This document shows positions 16,683 to 26,251 of a DNA stretch of 64,000 nucleotides, in pieces (the stretch's first letter is position 1; the number at the start of each line of letters is the position of its first letter). The notes under the pieces are model-generated. The model ran no database searches, was not told the DNA's origin, and saw nothing but the letters and a program-made list of their open reading frames with translations. The DNA lies in NCBI GenBank assembly GCA_023460615.1, contig JAEWPL010000222.1, positions 21,973-85,972 of the forward strand. Reading direction: 5' to 3'. The translations under genes were made by a program, and so were the position numbers. This DNA comes from Pseudomonadota bacterium (lineage in GTDB: Bacteria > Pseudomonadota > Gammaproteobacteria > Enterobacterales > Succinivibrionaceae).

Positions 16683-16928
16683 ATGGAGGAGATACTGGCT
16701 GGCATACTGCAAGGCGAAGATATATTGATTGTTTGCTCGACATCGCGAGTGGCTGAAGCCTTATTCAAAAATTATGCTAAGGATAGGCTTGGTAATAAAA
16801 TGAATGCTAGTGGCAGATGGATTGAAATAGAACCTAATAAAGGCAAAATATATTTTAAATCATTAAGTAGTCTACGCACGTGGTTACCTGGTCGCAGGTT
16901 CAAGAAAATATATTTTAGAAAGGACTGA
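16683..16928 (+). CDS. Hypothetical phage protein
   Basis: 81-aa ORF, AGGAGG RBS, first gene after promoter. Confidence 0.7.
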   Translation: MEEILAGILQGEDILIVCSTSRVAEALFKNYAKDRLGNKMNASGRWIEIEPNKGKIYFKSLSSLRTWLPGRRFKKIYFRKD

Positions 16929-16934
16929 TAAATA

Positions 16935-17633
16935 ATGATAGACCTAAGGCAAGGTGATTGCTTAGAATTAATGAAAGACATACCTGATAAAAGTATAGAT
17001 TTAATAATTACAAGTCCCCCATATAATATAGGCAAAATGCACTCTAATCAATTACAGTTTGGCACTTATAACGGAAATGATATGAAAGAAGAAGAATATC
17101 AAGAATGGCAAATAAAAGTTCTAAATGAGTGTTTTAGAATTTTAAAAGATGATGGAAGTATGTTTTATAACCATAAAGTAAGAATTAAAAATGGTAGGGC
17201 GATACATCCACTAGAGTGGATAAAAAAATCAAATTTTATATTAAAACAAGAAATAACTTGGGATATGGGAAAAAGTGCAAATTGTGATAAAATAAGATTT
17301 TTTCCTTTTAGTGAAAGAATATATTGGTTAGTCAAAAATGAAAAAACAAAAATATATAATGAACTAAATTTGAGCGATGTATGGAGGGTTGTTCCTACAC
17401 ATAAAAGAAAAGATATAGGGCATATAGCAGTAATGCCTACAGAAATAGTAATGAATATTCTTAAAAGTATACCAAACGTTAAAAATAAAATTATTTTAGA
17501 CCCATTTCTTGGTAGTGGAACTACTGGTATAGGTTGCAAACAGTGCGGATGCGATTTTATAGGAATAGAACTAGATGAAAACTATTTCAACATTGCAAAA
17601 GAAAGAATAAACAATACAGTTAGAGAGGACTGA
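16935..17633 (+). CDS. DNA methyltransferase, N4-cytosine/N6-adenine, beta class (orphan)
   Basis: GDCLELM...DLIITSPPY (motif IV) precedes ILDPFLGSGTTG (motif I); GIELD. Confidence 0.92.
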   Translation: MIDLRQGDCLELMKDIPDKSIDLIITSPPYNIGKMHSNQLQFGTYNGNDMKEEEYQEWQIKVLNECFRILKDDGSMFYNHKVRIKNGRAIHPLEWIKKSNFILKQEITWDMGKSANCDKIRFFPFSERIYWLVKNEKTKIYNELNLSDVWRVVPTHKRKDIGHIAVMPTEIVMNILKSIPNVKNKIILDPFLGSGTTGIGCKQCGCDFIGIELDENYFNIAKERINNTVRED

Positions 17634-17637
17634 TATT

Positions 17638-17919
17638 ATGGAAGAAAAGGTCAGAGCATTAAAAGAACAGATATACGCCCGACTTCGTGGAGAGGCACCT
17701 AAGGTACAAGTCCAGATTAGTGGTAGAAGCTCAGGCAATATGTATGCATTGTTATTAGCCATCGACTCGTGTCTTATGGAATTGTATAAGGAAAACCAAA
17801 CATTGCTTAGTAACCAAGAAAGTATTCTTGAAACAAATGGTGTCTTGTTGAGAAGGTTGCTCAAACTAAGTGGAATTACAGATGTGGAGGGTGTTATTAA
17901 TGGCAAAAGTAACAGTTGA
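17638..17919 (+). CDS. Hypothetical phage protein
   Basis: 93-aa ORF with RBS. Confidence 0.7.
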   Translation: MEEKVRALKEQIYARLRGEAPKVQVQISGRSSGNMYALLLAIDSCLMELYKENQTLLSNQESILETNGVLLRRLLKLSGITDVEGVINGKSNS

Positions 17920-18061
17920 CTATCTTGATTTAGGTGATGGTGGAATGGCGTATAACTACAATCATTATACCAAAGAAGAAGCCATTGCTGAATATAAAAA
18001 GGATTATGACCGTGAGCCTAATGATGTTGGAGCGTTTAAGTGCTGGGCTATTGGAGGTTAG
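17900..18061 (+). CDS. Small hypothetical protein
   Basis: Start MAKVTV after GGAGG RBS. Confidence 0.65.
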   Translation: MAKVTVDYLDLGDGGMAYNYNHYTKEEAIAEYKKDYDREPNDVGAFKCWAIGG

Positions 18062-18062
18062 T

Positions 18063-18320
18063 ATGAGGTTATATGCACTATTTAAGGATGGCGAATTATA
18101 TAGAGCATCATACGACCAAAATACACCATTCTATATGAATATCAAGGGCGCAAAAAAAGCATTACAATCTGTGACCAATATTAAAAATGTACCATATGAT
18201 TTAGAAAGGGCTCCTATAACGAAAAAAAGAGAATACTTAGAAGAACTAAAAACACACTTTACAATAATGGAATTTAAACTAATAAAGGAGGGTGAAGTTG
18301 ATGTCAAAAGCCATATATGA
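18063..18320 (+). CDS. Hypothetical phage protein
   Basis: Start MRLYAL after GGAGG RBS. Confidence 0.7.
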   Translation: MRLYALFKDGELYRASYDQNTPFYMNIKGAKKALQSVTNIKNVPYDLERAPITKKREYLEELKTHFTIMEFKLIKEGEVDVKSHI

Positions 18321-18489
18321 TTGTTGGGTGTTTGCTTGCAGGAAGTGTGGACATCTATTATTTGTAGATAAGAATAAGTCGTTAAAGAAAGTGTATACTT
18401 GTGAGTGTCCAGAATGTGGAGAAGAGCCATATGAAAATTGGACAATTATGGGTGAAGGAAATGGAAAAACTTTTGAATGGAGAAGATGA
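18301..18489 (+). CDS. Zinc-ribbon protein
   Basis: CRKC...CPEC; GGAGG RBS. Confidence 0.7.
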   Translation: MSKAIYDCWVFACRKCGHLLFVDKNKSLKKVYTCECPECGEEPYENWTIMGEGNGKTFEWRR

Positions 18490-19031
18490 GTGTGAATAAG
18501 AAATTAGTGGAAGAATTTGTAGATAAATATTATAGTGAAAAATTTAAAATTATAAAGTCTTATATAGGAGGCGACTTATCATCAATAGAAATAATGCCGC
18601 CAGGTGATGGTCAAAGCATTTATATTTGGGATGAAGAATTAGTAGAAGAAAGACCTGTAGATAATGAATTAACTATCGAGTTAAATATGCAGGTGTTAGG
18701 TAATCGTCTTCAAACAGATGAAGAAGATATGCTTGAAACAATCAATTATTTTTTAGGTAACACACCAATAGTTTGTATTTGTGCTGATTATGGTGACTTT
18801 ACAGATGTTATGGCTGTTGATGTAGATATGAGCGTCGATGATGTAATTGAGACATACATTACACCTTTATTATATGACATTGGGGCATTAAGTGATGGCG
18901 ATAGTGACACTTTATCTCATTTAGTAAATCATTCTATATTAACATCTTCAGATGGCGTAGATATTAATGGGGTGAGAATTTATATGACCGAAATGTCCAA
19001 ATCTTTATACGATGCATTGGAGGAAGTATGA
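18477..19031 (+). CDS. Hypothetical acidic protein
   Basis: 184-aa ORF in operon. Confidence 0.75.
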   Translation: MEKMSVNKKLVEEFVDKYYSEKFKIIKSYIGGDLSSIEIMPPGDGQSIYIWDEELVEERPVDNELTIELNMQVLGNRLQTDEEDMLETINYFLGNTPIVCICADYGDFTDVMAVDVDMSVDDVIETYITPLLYDIGALSDGDSDTLSHLVNHSILTSSDGVDINGVRIYMTEMSKSLYDALEEV

Positions 19032-19300
19032 TAAAAGAATATTTATTTAAGGTTACTAAGGAGCAATATGTCAAGGTTAGTGCTACGAACAAAGAAGACG
19101 CTTATGGGCTAGCAGAAGAAAATAGTTTGATAGATACGAGCGATGAAGAAGTAATGGATATTGAATTGATAGATGTTTATGACGAGGATGTAGATGCTAC
19201 ATATGATGATTATAAATTAGGAATGTATGACACAGACGAAGATGAGGACTGTAGGGACTATGACGAAGAAAGAATTAACAATTATTTTTATGGAAGCTAA
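19028..19300 (+). CDS. Hypothetical acidic protein
   Basis: 90-aa ORF, GGAGG RBS, ATGA overlap. Confidence 0.7.
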   Translation: MIKEYLFKVTKEQYVKVSATNKEDAYGLAEENSLIDTSDEEVMDIELIDVYDEDVDATYDDYKLGMYDTDEDEDCRDYDEERINNYFYGS

Positions 19301-19502
19301 GGCTAATAAAAGCGATGTCTGTGTGGAAGTTACTGTACCAGGACAAGAAAATACAGAATATATAGTCAACAAAAATAAAAGTATAGATAACAAACTAGAT
19401 TATTACTTTCAAACATATGATGATAATTTAGTACATAAACATAATGAAGCAATACGCATAGTTAATGCTTTTGCAATAGATTTTTATATGGGAGGTGATT
19501 GA
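19260..19502 (+). CDS. Hypothetical phage protein
   Basis: Start placed at MTKKEL. Confidence 0.7.
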   Translation: MTKKELTIIFMEAKANKSDVCVEVTVPGQENTEYIVNKNKSIDNKLDYYFQTYDDNLVHKHNEAIRIVNAFAIDFYMGGD

Positions 19503-19845
19503 TTTGAATAAAATCAAAGAGAAATTAAAAAAGATATTTTTTACAGATGAAGATGAAGTGCAAGGCGATGACTTTGCTACTAAAAGAGAAATGTTCTATT
19601 TTGTAGGAATGATAGTTGGTATTCTTGTTTCAATACTTGTCATTTTGTTCGCAGCAATTACGATGTCAATGTGTGAAGATTTAGTTGGTGTGATACAGGC
19701 AGACAAAGCTGAAATAGATAGATTAGGGCACCTAAATAACTATCATTCTGGAGAAGCAGTAAAATACAAAATGATGTATGAGGACTTATACGATACTTAT
19801 GTATCTTCACAAGAACAAAAGGAGGCAGGTGTTCATAATGACTGA
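19495..19845 (+). CDS. Membrane protein (single TM plus coiled coil)
   Basis: Hydrophobic FYFVGMIVGILVSILVILFAAI segment. Confidence 0.7.
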   Translation: MIDLNKIKEKLKKIFFTDEDEVQGDDFATKREMFYFVGMIVGILVSILVILFAAITMSMCEDLVGVIQADKAEIDRLGHLNNYHSGEAVKYKMMYEDLYDTYVSSQEQKEAGVHND

Positions 19846-20086
19846 AGCAGAAAGACGTTATTTTCAAGAATATGTTAAGGAGGTATTTCATTACGAGCAT
19901 CAATGTTCTACTGAAATACTTGCTAGGGTGCTATTATTATGCGAGCTTTTAATTGAAAAGGGTTTAATCACAGATGCAGAAGTGGCAGAGAAATTAGCTG
20001 CTCCAAATGTTGCTGAGATAATGACAGAATTAAATTATGGTGATGATACGTGGAAAGAGGAGGAAATTCAGAATGAGTCAAATTAA
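19838..20086 (+). CDS. Hypothetical phage protein
   Basis: Start MTEAER after GGAGG RBS. Confidence 0.7.
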   Translation: MTEAERRYFQEYVKEVFHYEHQCSTEILARVLLLCELLIEKGLITDAEVAEKLAAPNVAEIMTELNYGDDTWKEEEIQNESN

Positions 20087-20477
20087 TTTTAAAGGAAAAT
20101 ACTTTAGTAAAAATGAAGACGCCGTGCACGTTTCTGATGACGTCACTCAAGAAATGATTGATGAAGTTATAGAAAACTTAATAGCATCAAAAGAAGATGT
20201 GGATTTTATATTCCAAGCAACTGGTGATACATTAGTGGCTGGAGCAAAATGGGATGAAGAAGGGGAAATAGATGTTATAGTTACTCAAAAATATTCAAAT
20301 GCTTGTCTATTAAAAGATAAATATGGCAATTATCAACCTATTGATTGGTTGGAAGAACAAGAAAAGGACGAGTTGTCAGATAGGTCGGTTGATGAATTAG
20401 TGGCAGAGATAATGTCATTAAGAAAAGAACTAGAAGACCAAAGAAAACCACAATACAATCCAAGACGCGAAGTATAG
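20073..20477 (+). CDS. Hypothetical phage protein
   Basis: Start MSQINF after GAGGAGG RBS. Confidence 0.75.
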   Translation: MSQINFKGKYFSKNEDAVHVSDDVTQEMIDEVIENLIASKEDVDFIFQATGDTLVAGAKWDEEGEIDVIVTQKYSNACLLKDKYGNYQPIDWLEEQEKDELSDRSVDELVAEIMSLRKELEDQRKPQYNPRREV

Positions 20478-20506
20478 TTGACAAAAACAATATAATGTGC
20501 TAAGAT
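20478..20506 (+). promoter_or_regulatory. SigA promoter
   Basis: TTGACA-N17-TAAGAT with extended TG. Confidence 0.7.
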
Positions 20507-20510
20507 ATAT

Positions 20511-21128
20511 ATGATAGGAGGTCTGAAAGACGTGAAAAAAGTATGTATTTTAGCACTTTATTTTATGTTATTTTGTTTAGTTTTTATACAATTTAATGGT
20601 CAAAACCATCAAAAACCCACAGAAAATGAAGTAAAAGTAGAAGAAGATATTCCGCCCCCCAAAAAGGTGGAAATTGAGGTAGTTGAAGAAATAATTGAAG
20701 AAGAGACAAAACAATATGTACAATATCGACTAACAAGTTTTTGGAATAATGATGGATATGGTACGGGTGCGTGCACTGGTTCGGGTTTATGTGAAGATGA
20801 TTTTCAAATCAATAACAAAGGTTGGTACACATATAATGGTAAACTTGTATTAGCGGCCGCCACTTATGAATGTTTAAATGCAAAAAGTGGTGCTTGCGGA
20901 AAATGGAACGTTGCTCGTAGTGATAAAACATATTATCATTATCGTGATACTATTGAACTTATTATAGATGGCATTGAATACGAGGGAATTATCTTGGATA
21001 GTTGTGGCGCGTGTATGTATGTTAATAATGAGCAACGCATAGATTTATTTGTTAGTGGAAAAAGTTCTTCTATAGACAGAGGATATAGGGGTAACAATAC
21101 AATATCAGTATTTAAGGGGGTGGAGTAA
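20511..21128 (+). CDS. Membrane-anchored 3D-domain-like (lytic transglycosylase-like) protein
   Basis: N-terminal TM; YRLTSF...LAAA...ILDSCG...RIDLF resembles the 3D/RlpA-type fold; real start may be GTG at 20532. Confidence 0.55.
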   Translation: MIGGLKDVKKVCILALYFMLFCLVFIQFNGQNHQKPTENEVKVEEDIPPPKKVEIEVVEEIIEEETKQYVQYRLTSFWNNDGYGTGACTGSGLCEDDFQINNKGWYTYNGKLVLAAATYECLNAKSGACGKWNVARSDKTYYHYRDTIELIIDGIEYEGIILDSCGACMYVNNEQRIDLFVSGKSSSIDRGYRGNNTISVFKGVE

Positions 21129-21376
21129 TGGGTTTTATTCAAATGCCAGAGAATATGAAAAAAGAAACGGTACAAATACCAATGTTAGAAAATAATGGTG
21201 GTAATGCTTATCGTATATTAAATACAAAGAAACCTTTTACGTGTCCTGTATGTATAGGACGAGGTTTTGTATCTGGTGGATTTTATAGTTCGACAGGTAA
21301 TAGTTGGGTAACAACAACGACTGCGCCAGAGACTTGTAGAAGTTGCAATGGAACAGGAGTGGTGTGGAGTGATTAA
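21128..21376 (+). CDS. DnaJ-type zinc-finger protein
   Basis: CPVCIGRG and CRSCNGTG (CxxCxGxG) repeats. Confidence 0.7.
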   Translation: MGFIQMPENMKKETVQIPMLENNGGNAYRILNTKKPFTCPVCIGRGFVSGGFYSSTGNSWVTTTTAPETCRSCNGTGVVWSD

Positions 21377-21815
21377 TATCGATAATATTAGTGCTGGATG
21401 GGCAGACCTACATTTAGGATATTGTACATTTTCAGTTAGTTATTTATCTTATTTAAAAATGGAACTTGATACGTTGTTTGATTTAGAAGAAAGAGATGAT
21501 GAAAGCGCCGTTAATAAAATAATATTAGAAGGCGAGGGGCAAGGAGATTTAACTTTAGTAGCATACTTAACATATGGAGACCTTAATCGATTTGAAGAAG
21601 AATACGCCCCAGAAAATTTTGGCTTCATACTTAATATAGTTTGGCAGCGTATTTATAGCAAAGATGACGAACATCACACTATAATGCAATTCCCGTTTGA
21701 TAAGTTTAAAAAGGAATATGCTGAGCTAATGGAAAGAATTAAAGATGATTATATTAGAAACTTTATGTGTGTTCAAAACGAAGAAGAATATCAAGAGATG
21801 CTAGCAGATTACTAA
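21369..21815 (+). CDS. Hypothetical phage protein
   Basis: ORF in operon; start uncertain. Confidence 0.7.
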   Translation: MINIDNISAGWADLHLGYCTFSVSYLSYLKMELDTLFDLEERDDESAVNKIILEGEGQGDLTLVAYLTYGDLNRFEEEYAPENFGFILNIVWQRIYSKDDEHHTIMQFPFDKFKKEYAELMERIKDDYIRNFMCVQNEEEYQEMLADY

Positions 21816-21834
21816 GGAAGAAAGGGATTATAAA

Positions 21835-23073
21835 ATGGAAAATTATGAATTACCTCTATCTCCTAATTATGTTTGTAATTGGGGAATAAGAGAAGCAATT
21901 AGAGAATTATTACAAAACGCTATTGATGGTGAAAATTGTGGTCATCCGAAAGAAATTGAATATAATGAGTCGGAAAGAACTTTATACATAAGAAACAAAA
22001 ATACCAAATTACCTAAATCATCATTAGTACTTGGATGTTCAAGTAAGGATAGTATTGAAGGAATGATTGGTAAATTTGGAGAAGGGTATAAATTAGCGTT
22101 AATAGTTTTATTAAGAAAGGGCTTCACAGTTAATATTATTAATGCTGACGAAGAGTGGATACCAAACTTTACTATTAGTGAAAAATTCGGTACGCAAGTA
22201 TTAAATATAGAAGTTAATAACTTAGAGCACGCGGAGACAGATTTATGTTTTTCTATTTCTGGTGTAGATAAAGATTTATACGACGAATTATTAACATACT
22301 TTCCTTGTATAGATGGCGACTATGGTAATATGGTTGAGTCTGAAAATGGTTATATTTTATTAGAACCAAAGTTTAAAGGCAAAATGTATGTTGAAGGATT
22401 ATATATTCAATCTGACGATAATTTTAAATATGGATATAATTTTAATTCAGACGTTGTTGATTTAGATAGAGATAGAAAAGCAATTAATTATTATGAGTTA
22501 AGAAAATTAACGGCGGCATCTGTGGTTACAGCAGAAACCTGTTGCCCAGAATTATTTAAAGCAATTAGTGACAGTTATACAGACGTTAAAGATATTACTG
22601 ATGTATTAGATGATGCTAGTGATGATTTTCTACAGCAATATAGGGATATGCTTTATGAAGAAAAGGGTTTAGAAGAGAATACTTTAGTAGCAACAGAGTC
22701 AGTGATGAAACAATTAGAACAAATGGATGTAGATATGCCAATAGTAAAGGGTACTGAAATAGAGAGCTATTTGATTGCTAAGGCTAACGATAAATTAGGA
22801 TTGATATACCAAGCCAAAGAAGCTGCGTCTAAGAAAAGTGATGAAGATGATGCTTGGCACTATGTTAGAAATTCTAATTGGATGTCCTTAAAGTGTTGGT
22901 TTGATAAATATTGCAAACGTATTTCTAAAGAAGGGAAAGAGCAATTTGCTTCAATAATGAATAGAATGGAACCATCAGATTTATATCACATTAAAAAGTA
23001 TCTGCCAGAGGGCTTCATTTGGACAGAAGAAAATTTTGATGATTTAGAAGAACAAATTAAAAACCGAACTTAA
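21835..23073 (+). CDS. GHKL-family ATPase (HATPase_c)
   Basis: AIRELLQNAID N-box; LGCSSK...IGKFGEGYKLA G-box. Confidence 0.8.
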   Translation: MENYELPLSPNYVCNWGIREAIRELLQNAIDGENCGHPKEIEYNESERTLYIRNKNTKLPKSSLVLGCSSKDSIEGMIGKFGEGYKLALIVLLRKGFTVNIINADEEWIPNFTISEKFGTQVLNIEVNNLEHAETDLCFSISGVDKDLYDELLTYFPCIDGDYGNMVESENGYILLEPKFKGKMYVEGLYIQSDDNFKYGYNFNSDVVDLDRDRKAINYYELRKLTAASVVTAETCCPELFKAISDSYTDVKDITDVLDDASDDFLQQYRDMLYEEKGLEENTLVATESVMKQLEQMDVDMPIVKGTEIESYLIAKANDKLGLIYQAKEAASKKSDEDDAWHYVRNSNWMSLKCWFDKYCKRISKEGKEQFASIMNRMEPSDLYHIKKYLPEGFIWTEENFDDLEEQIKNRT

Positions 23074-24284
23074 TCGTTCGGTTTTTTTAACCATTCAAGG
23101 AATAATGTTCTCATCCTTTTAGAGGGAATATATACATCTATTGGTTTATTATTTCTAATAGCACTTCTATATATGAATTGAACTAATTCGGATAGTGCGA
23201 ATTTATCTTCAAATTCTTTACCAACGGCAATATTATTAAATGTAAAAAAGTTTTTAATAGTTGGTTTAAAGTATCTATTGCCGATATACGCTATTGCTCT
23301 TTTATAGCTATATTCGTTAGTGGCTCTGGAATTGATTGGAGCAAAACTCTTTGTAAAACCTTTACGCTTAATTGCACCCCTATATTCTTTAAAAGTTGTC
23401 CACAGTAATTCTTTACTATTTGCCTTTGTGTGGCTTCTAAAAAAATTATAAATATTGTTTTGAAGTTTTATCATCTCATAGCTCCTTCTCTTACGAGCAA
23501 ACCACGATAAAGATAAAGATGTATTTTTATTGCCTATTTCATTTAAAGAGGTATCGCTACACACTCTAATTAAAGATTTTGCTTTAGTATAATCATATAC
23601 CTGAGGTATTGGTGTAAGCCTATAATTTTTAACATACCATTGCGTATATGTTGTTCCAAAGTAATCAAAGTATCTTTTTTGTATTTGTCCATCAAACATA
23701 TAAGTTAGTACATATATCTCTTTGAAAGACTTAAATACCTTATATGGGAACATCCACATTAAAGATATTATTGTATTATCTTTATCTGCGTAAGCAAAGA
23801 CATTATTCATTTTTATCATTTTTTTATATTCATCAAAGGCACCTTGATAGTGTTCGTCATTCCATTCAGCCATATGGGTTCTAGGATGCACGGTTATCTT
23901 ATTACTTAGTAATTTTAGGTCTGATTTAGATATTGGCAGTTCATCAACTACATCTGCAACCTCATCCATAACTAAGATGTAGTCTTGTAGTAATTCGATA
24001 GATATAGCCTCTTCGTCAATTTTTTTAAATAATGCGTGTGTTGTTACAATGTTTTTACCTTCTCTAATTAAAGAAGTTAAGTGTTCTATTTTAGTACTTT
24101 TTTTGTCGTTAGGTGTTGGTGATACAAAGTTCTTGTTTGGGCACGCTTTTTTTATTCTTTCAACTTCACTAAGAAATGGTGTGACAAAAAGATATTTTTG
24201 TCCGCTTGTGTCTTCATTCATTTTATTTATTAGTGCTGTTGTTTTACCAATTCCACATCCCGCATCAACTACATTGACTTTCAT
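23070..24284 (-). CDS. SF2 helicase-like protein (SPbeta YonV-like)
   Basis: DAGCGIGKTT Walker A, VTTHALF, LVMDEV Walker B, QFIYRSAIR motif VI. Confidence 0.75.
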   Translation of the reverse strand: MKVNVVDAGCGIGKTTALINKMNEDTSGQKYLFVTPFLSEVERIKKACPNKNFVSPTPNDKKSTKIEHLTSLIREGKNIVTTHALFKKIDEEAISIELLQDYILVMDEVADVVDELPISKSDLKLLSNKITVHPRTHMAEWNDEHYQGAFDEYKKMIKMNNVFAYADKDNTIISLMWMFPYKVFKSFKEIYVLTYMFDGQIQKRYFDYFGTTYTQWYVKNYRLTPIPQVYDYTKAKSLIRVCSDTSLNEIGNKNTSLSLSWFARKRRSYEMIKLQNNIYNFFRSHTKANSKELLWTTFKEYRGAIKRKGFTKSFAPINSRATNEYSYKRAIAYIGNRYFKPTIKNFFTFNNIAVGKEFEDKFALSELVQFIYRSAIRNNKPIDVYIPSKRMRTLFLEWLKKPND

Positions 24285-24984
24285 CTTTTATCCCCCCTTT
24301 ATTAATAAACAGTTTTAAAGCTCTTATGATGTCTTCATTATTATTTAATGACATTTTATAAAGTAAGTCAAGACCATCATTTTCGTATATGAATTGTATG
24401 ATTTTATTTTGACATTTAAAATTTTTACCTTGGCACTGTAAACATTTACTATTTTTGGTCTTCTTTTCTCCAAAGTATCTAACTCTATCTGGATAGTAAT
24501 AGCCACACTCATTACATTTTTTCCACCTATCTGTATTTTTTAGTTTTAAGTCATTTTCAATACACATTACAGACCAAATATCGTAATCTTTTAAGTTTGG
24601 TGGGGTGTTGATATAGAGAGGGTCTAGTTCATTAGGGGTTTTGACATTGAAGAATAAACAAGCTTCATAAAAACCTTTCTTACGGGATGAATAGATATGC
24701 TTATTATCAATCCTTCTTATTTCCATATGTCTTAAGAGATATTTAACACCATTTTCGTTTATGAACCACATCTTGATATTTCTATATGCTCCAGGTCTGT
24801 TTGGATTGTATTCAAACACTTTCATATAACGAGATATGGCACTATCTCTAAAGCTAGATACTTTGTCGTATTTACATAATATTCTTGTTAAAAAACTTTT
24901 TAGGGGGTACCATTTAATTCCTTCCTCATCAGTCAGTTGGTCTAAGACCTTTTCACCTATATATACTTGCTGTATTGTAAACAT
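24265..24984 (-). CDS. BRO-N/antirepressor-like DNA-binding protein with zinc finger
   Basis: WYPLK...WFINENGVKYLL; CNEC...CLQC; start moved to ATG 24984, downstream of its promoter. Confidence 0.5.
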   Translation of the reverse strand: MFTIQQVYIGEKVLDQLTDEEGIKWYPLKSFLTRILCKYDKVSSFRDSAISRYMKVFEYNPNRPGAYRNIKMWFINENGVKYLLRHMEIRRIDNKHIYSSRKKGFYEACLFFNVKTPNELDPLYINTPPNLKDYDIWSVMCIENDLKLKNTDRWKKCNECGYYYPDRVRYFGEKKTKNSKCLQCQGKNFKCQNKIIQFIYENDGLDLLYKMSLNNNEDIIRALKLFINKGGIKDESQCS

Positions 24985-25000
24985 AATTATCACCATTGTT

Positions 25001-25065
25001 ATTCTAACATATATCTTAAGATTTGTCAAATTGTTATTGACAAATTCGCATTTTTTTGTTATAAT
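25001..25065. promoter_or_regulatory. Back-to-back SigA promoters
   Basis: Minus: TTGACA(25029-25024)-N17-TAGAAT; plus: TTGACA(25037)-N17-TATAAT; both with extended TG. Confidence 0.85.
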
Positions 25066-25098
25066 ATGTATATAATGTAGGATAAAGAGAGGAGGTCT

Positions 25099-25692
25099 GT
25101 GATGACAACTATTTATGTTGATTTTGATAATACAATGGTCGAGAGCAATCAGAGAATTATTGAGTTATTAAATGAAAGATATGGTTTATCTAAAACAGAA
25201 GCAGATTTACTTGATTACGGATACCAATCCATAGCTCCAATTACCGAAGAAGAAAAAATTGCGTTATTTGAGAGCGATGACTTTTTTGATAATTTAAAAT
25301 TTAAAAGTGACTTTTTAAAAGTTTTTAATAAATACTACGGGCAAGTAGAATTTATTGTTACTACAAAAGGCACTCCAAAAAATTTATTAAAAAAAGAAGC
25401 CTGGATTAAAGAACATATCCCATATCAGGTGAAATTTGTTGGTATAACTAATGACAGCCTAAGTAAAAAGCAAGTTGATATGTCAGATGGTATACAGATA
25501 GATGATTGTACGGCGGCTTTAGACACAAATGCTAGTTTAAAGATTTTATATAAAGACAATCATAATTTTAGTTGGCAGTCTGATTATAGCAATACAGATA
25601 TAATGGTTGTAAATGATTGGGAAGAAATAGATGAAATAATATCTTTCTATTCCATATATGATTATAAAACATTAAGTAAAAAAGGAGAGTAA
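25099..25692 (+). CDS. HAD-family 5'(3')-deoxyribonucleotidase-like protein
   Basis: IYVDFDNT motif I, K..W, QIDD motif IV. Confidence 0.8.
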   Translation: MMTTIYVDFDNTMVESNQRIIELLNERYGLSKTEADLLDYGYQSIAPITEEEKIALFESDDFFDNLKFKSDFLKVFNKYYGQVEFIVTTKGTPKNLLKKEAWIKEHIPYQVKFVGITNDSLSKKQVDMSDGIQIDDCTAALDTNASLKILYKDNHNFSWQSDYSNTDIMVVNDWEEIDEIISFYSIYDYKTLSKKGE

Positions 25693-25695
25693 CAG

Positions 25696-26238
25696 ATGAA
25701 GAAAATAATTTTATTTAGTGGTAAAGCAGAAAATGGTAAAACTACAGCTGCTGAATTGTTAAAGGATATTTTGGAGTCTGAGGGTCAAAGTGTTGTCATT
25801 ACGAGATACGCTTATTACCTAAAGGATTTAGCAAAAAGATATTGTAATTGGGATGGGCAAAAAGATGAAGCTGGTCGTCGTTTATTACAAGTATTAGGGA
25901 CTGATATTATTAGGCAAAAATTAAACAAGCCAAATTTTCACGTTGGTAGAATTTGTGAAGATATAGAAATATGTCAAGATTGTGTAGATTATGTCTTAAT
26001 TGATGATACAAGATTTGAAAATGAAATATATTATCCGAAGGCTATGTTTGGCGATAAGGTGGTAGCAATAAGAGTAATAAGAACTACACCAGATTTTCAC
26101 TCACATCTTAGCAAAGAACAATTAAATCATAGAAGTGAGACGGCATTAGATAACTTTAAAGGTTTTGACTTTGTGGTTGAAGCGAAGGATATTGACGAAT
26201 TAAAGTCTGCTATGCAAGAATTAAGCAAATCTATTTAG
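25696..26238 (+). CDS. Deoxynucleoside monophosphate kinase-like P-loop kinase
   Basis: SGKAENGKTT; RRLLQVLGTD; IDDTRFENE; HRSE. Confidence 0.85.
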   Translation: MKKIILFSGKAENGKTTAAELLKDILESEGQSVVITRYAYYLKDLAKRYCNWDGQKDEAGRRLLQVLGTDIIRQKLNKPNFHVGRICEDIEICQDCVDYVLIDDTRFENEIYYPKAMFGDKVVAIRVIRTTPDFHSHLSKEQLNHRSETALDNFKGFDFVVEAKDIDELKSAMQELSKSI

Positions 26239-26251
26239 GAGGAGTGATAAC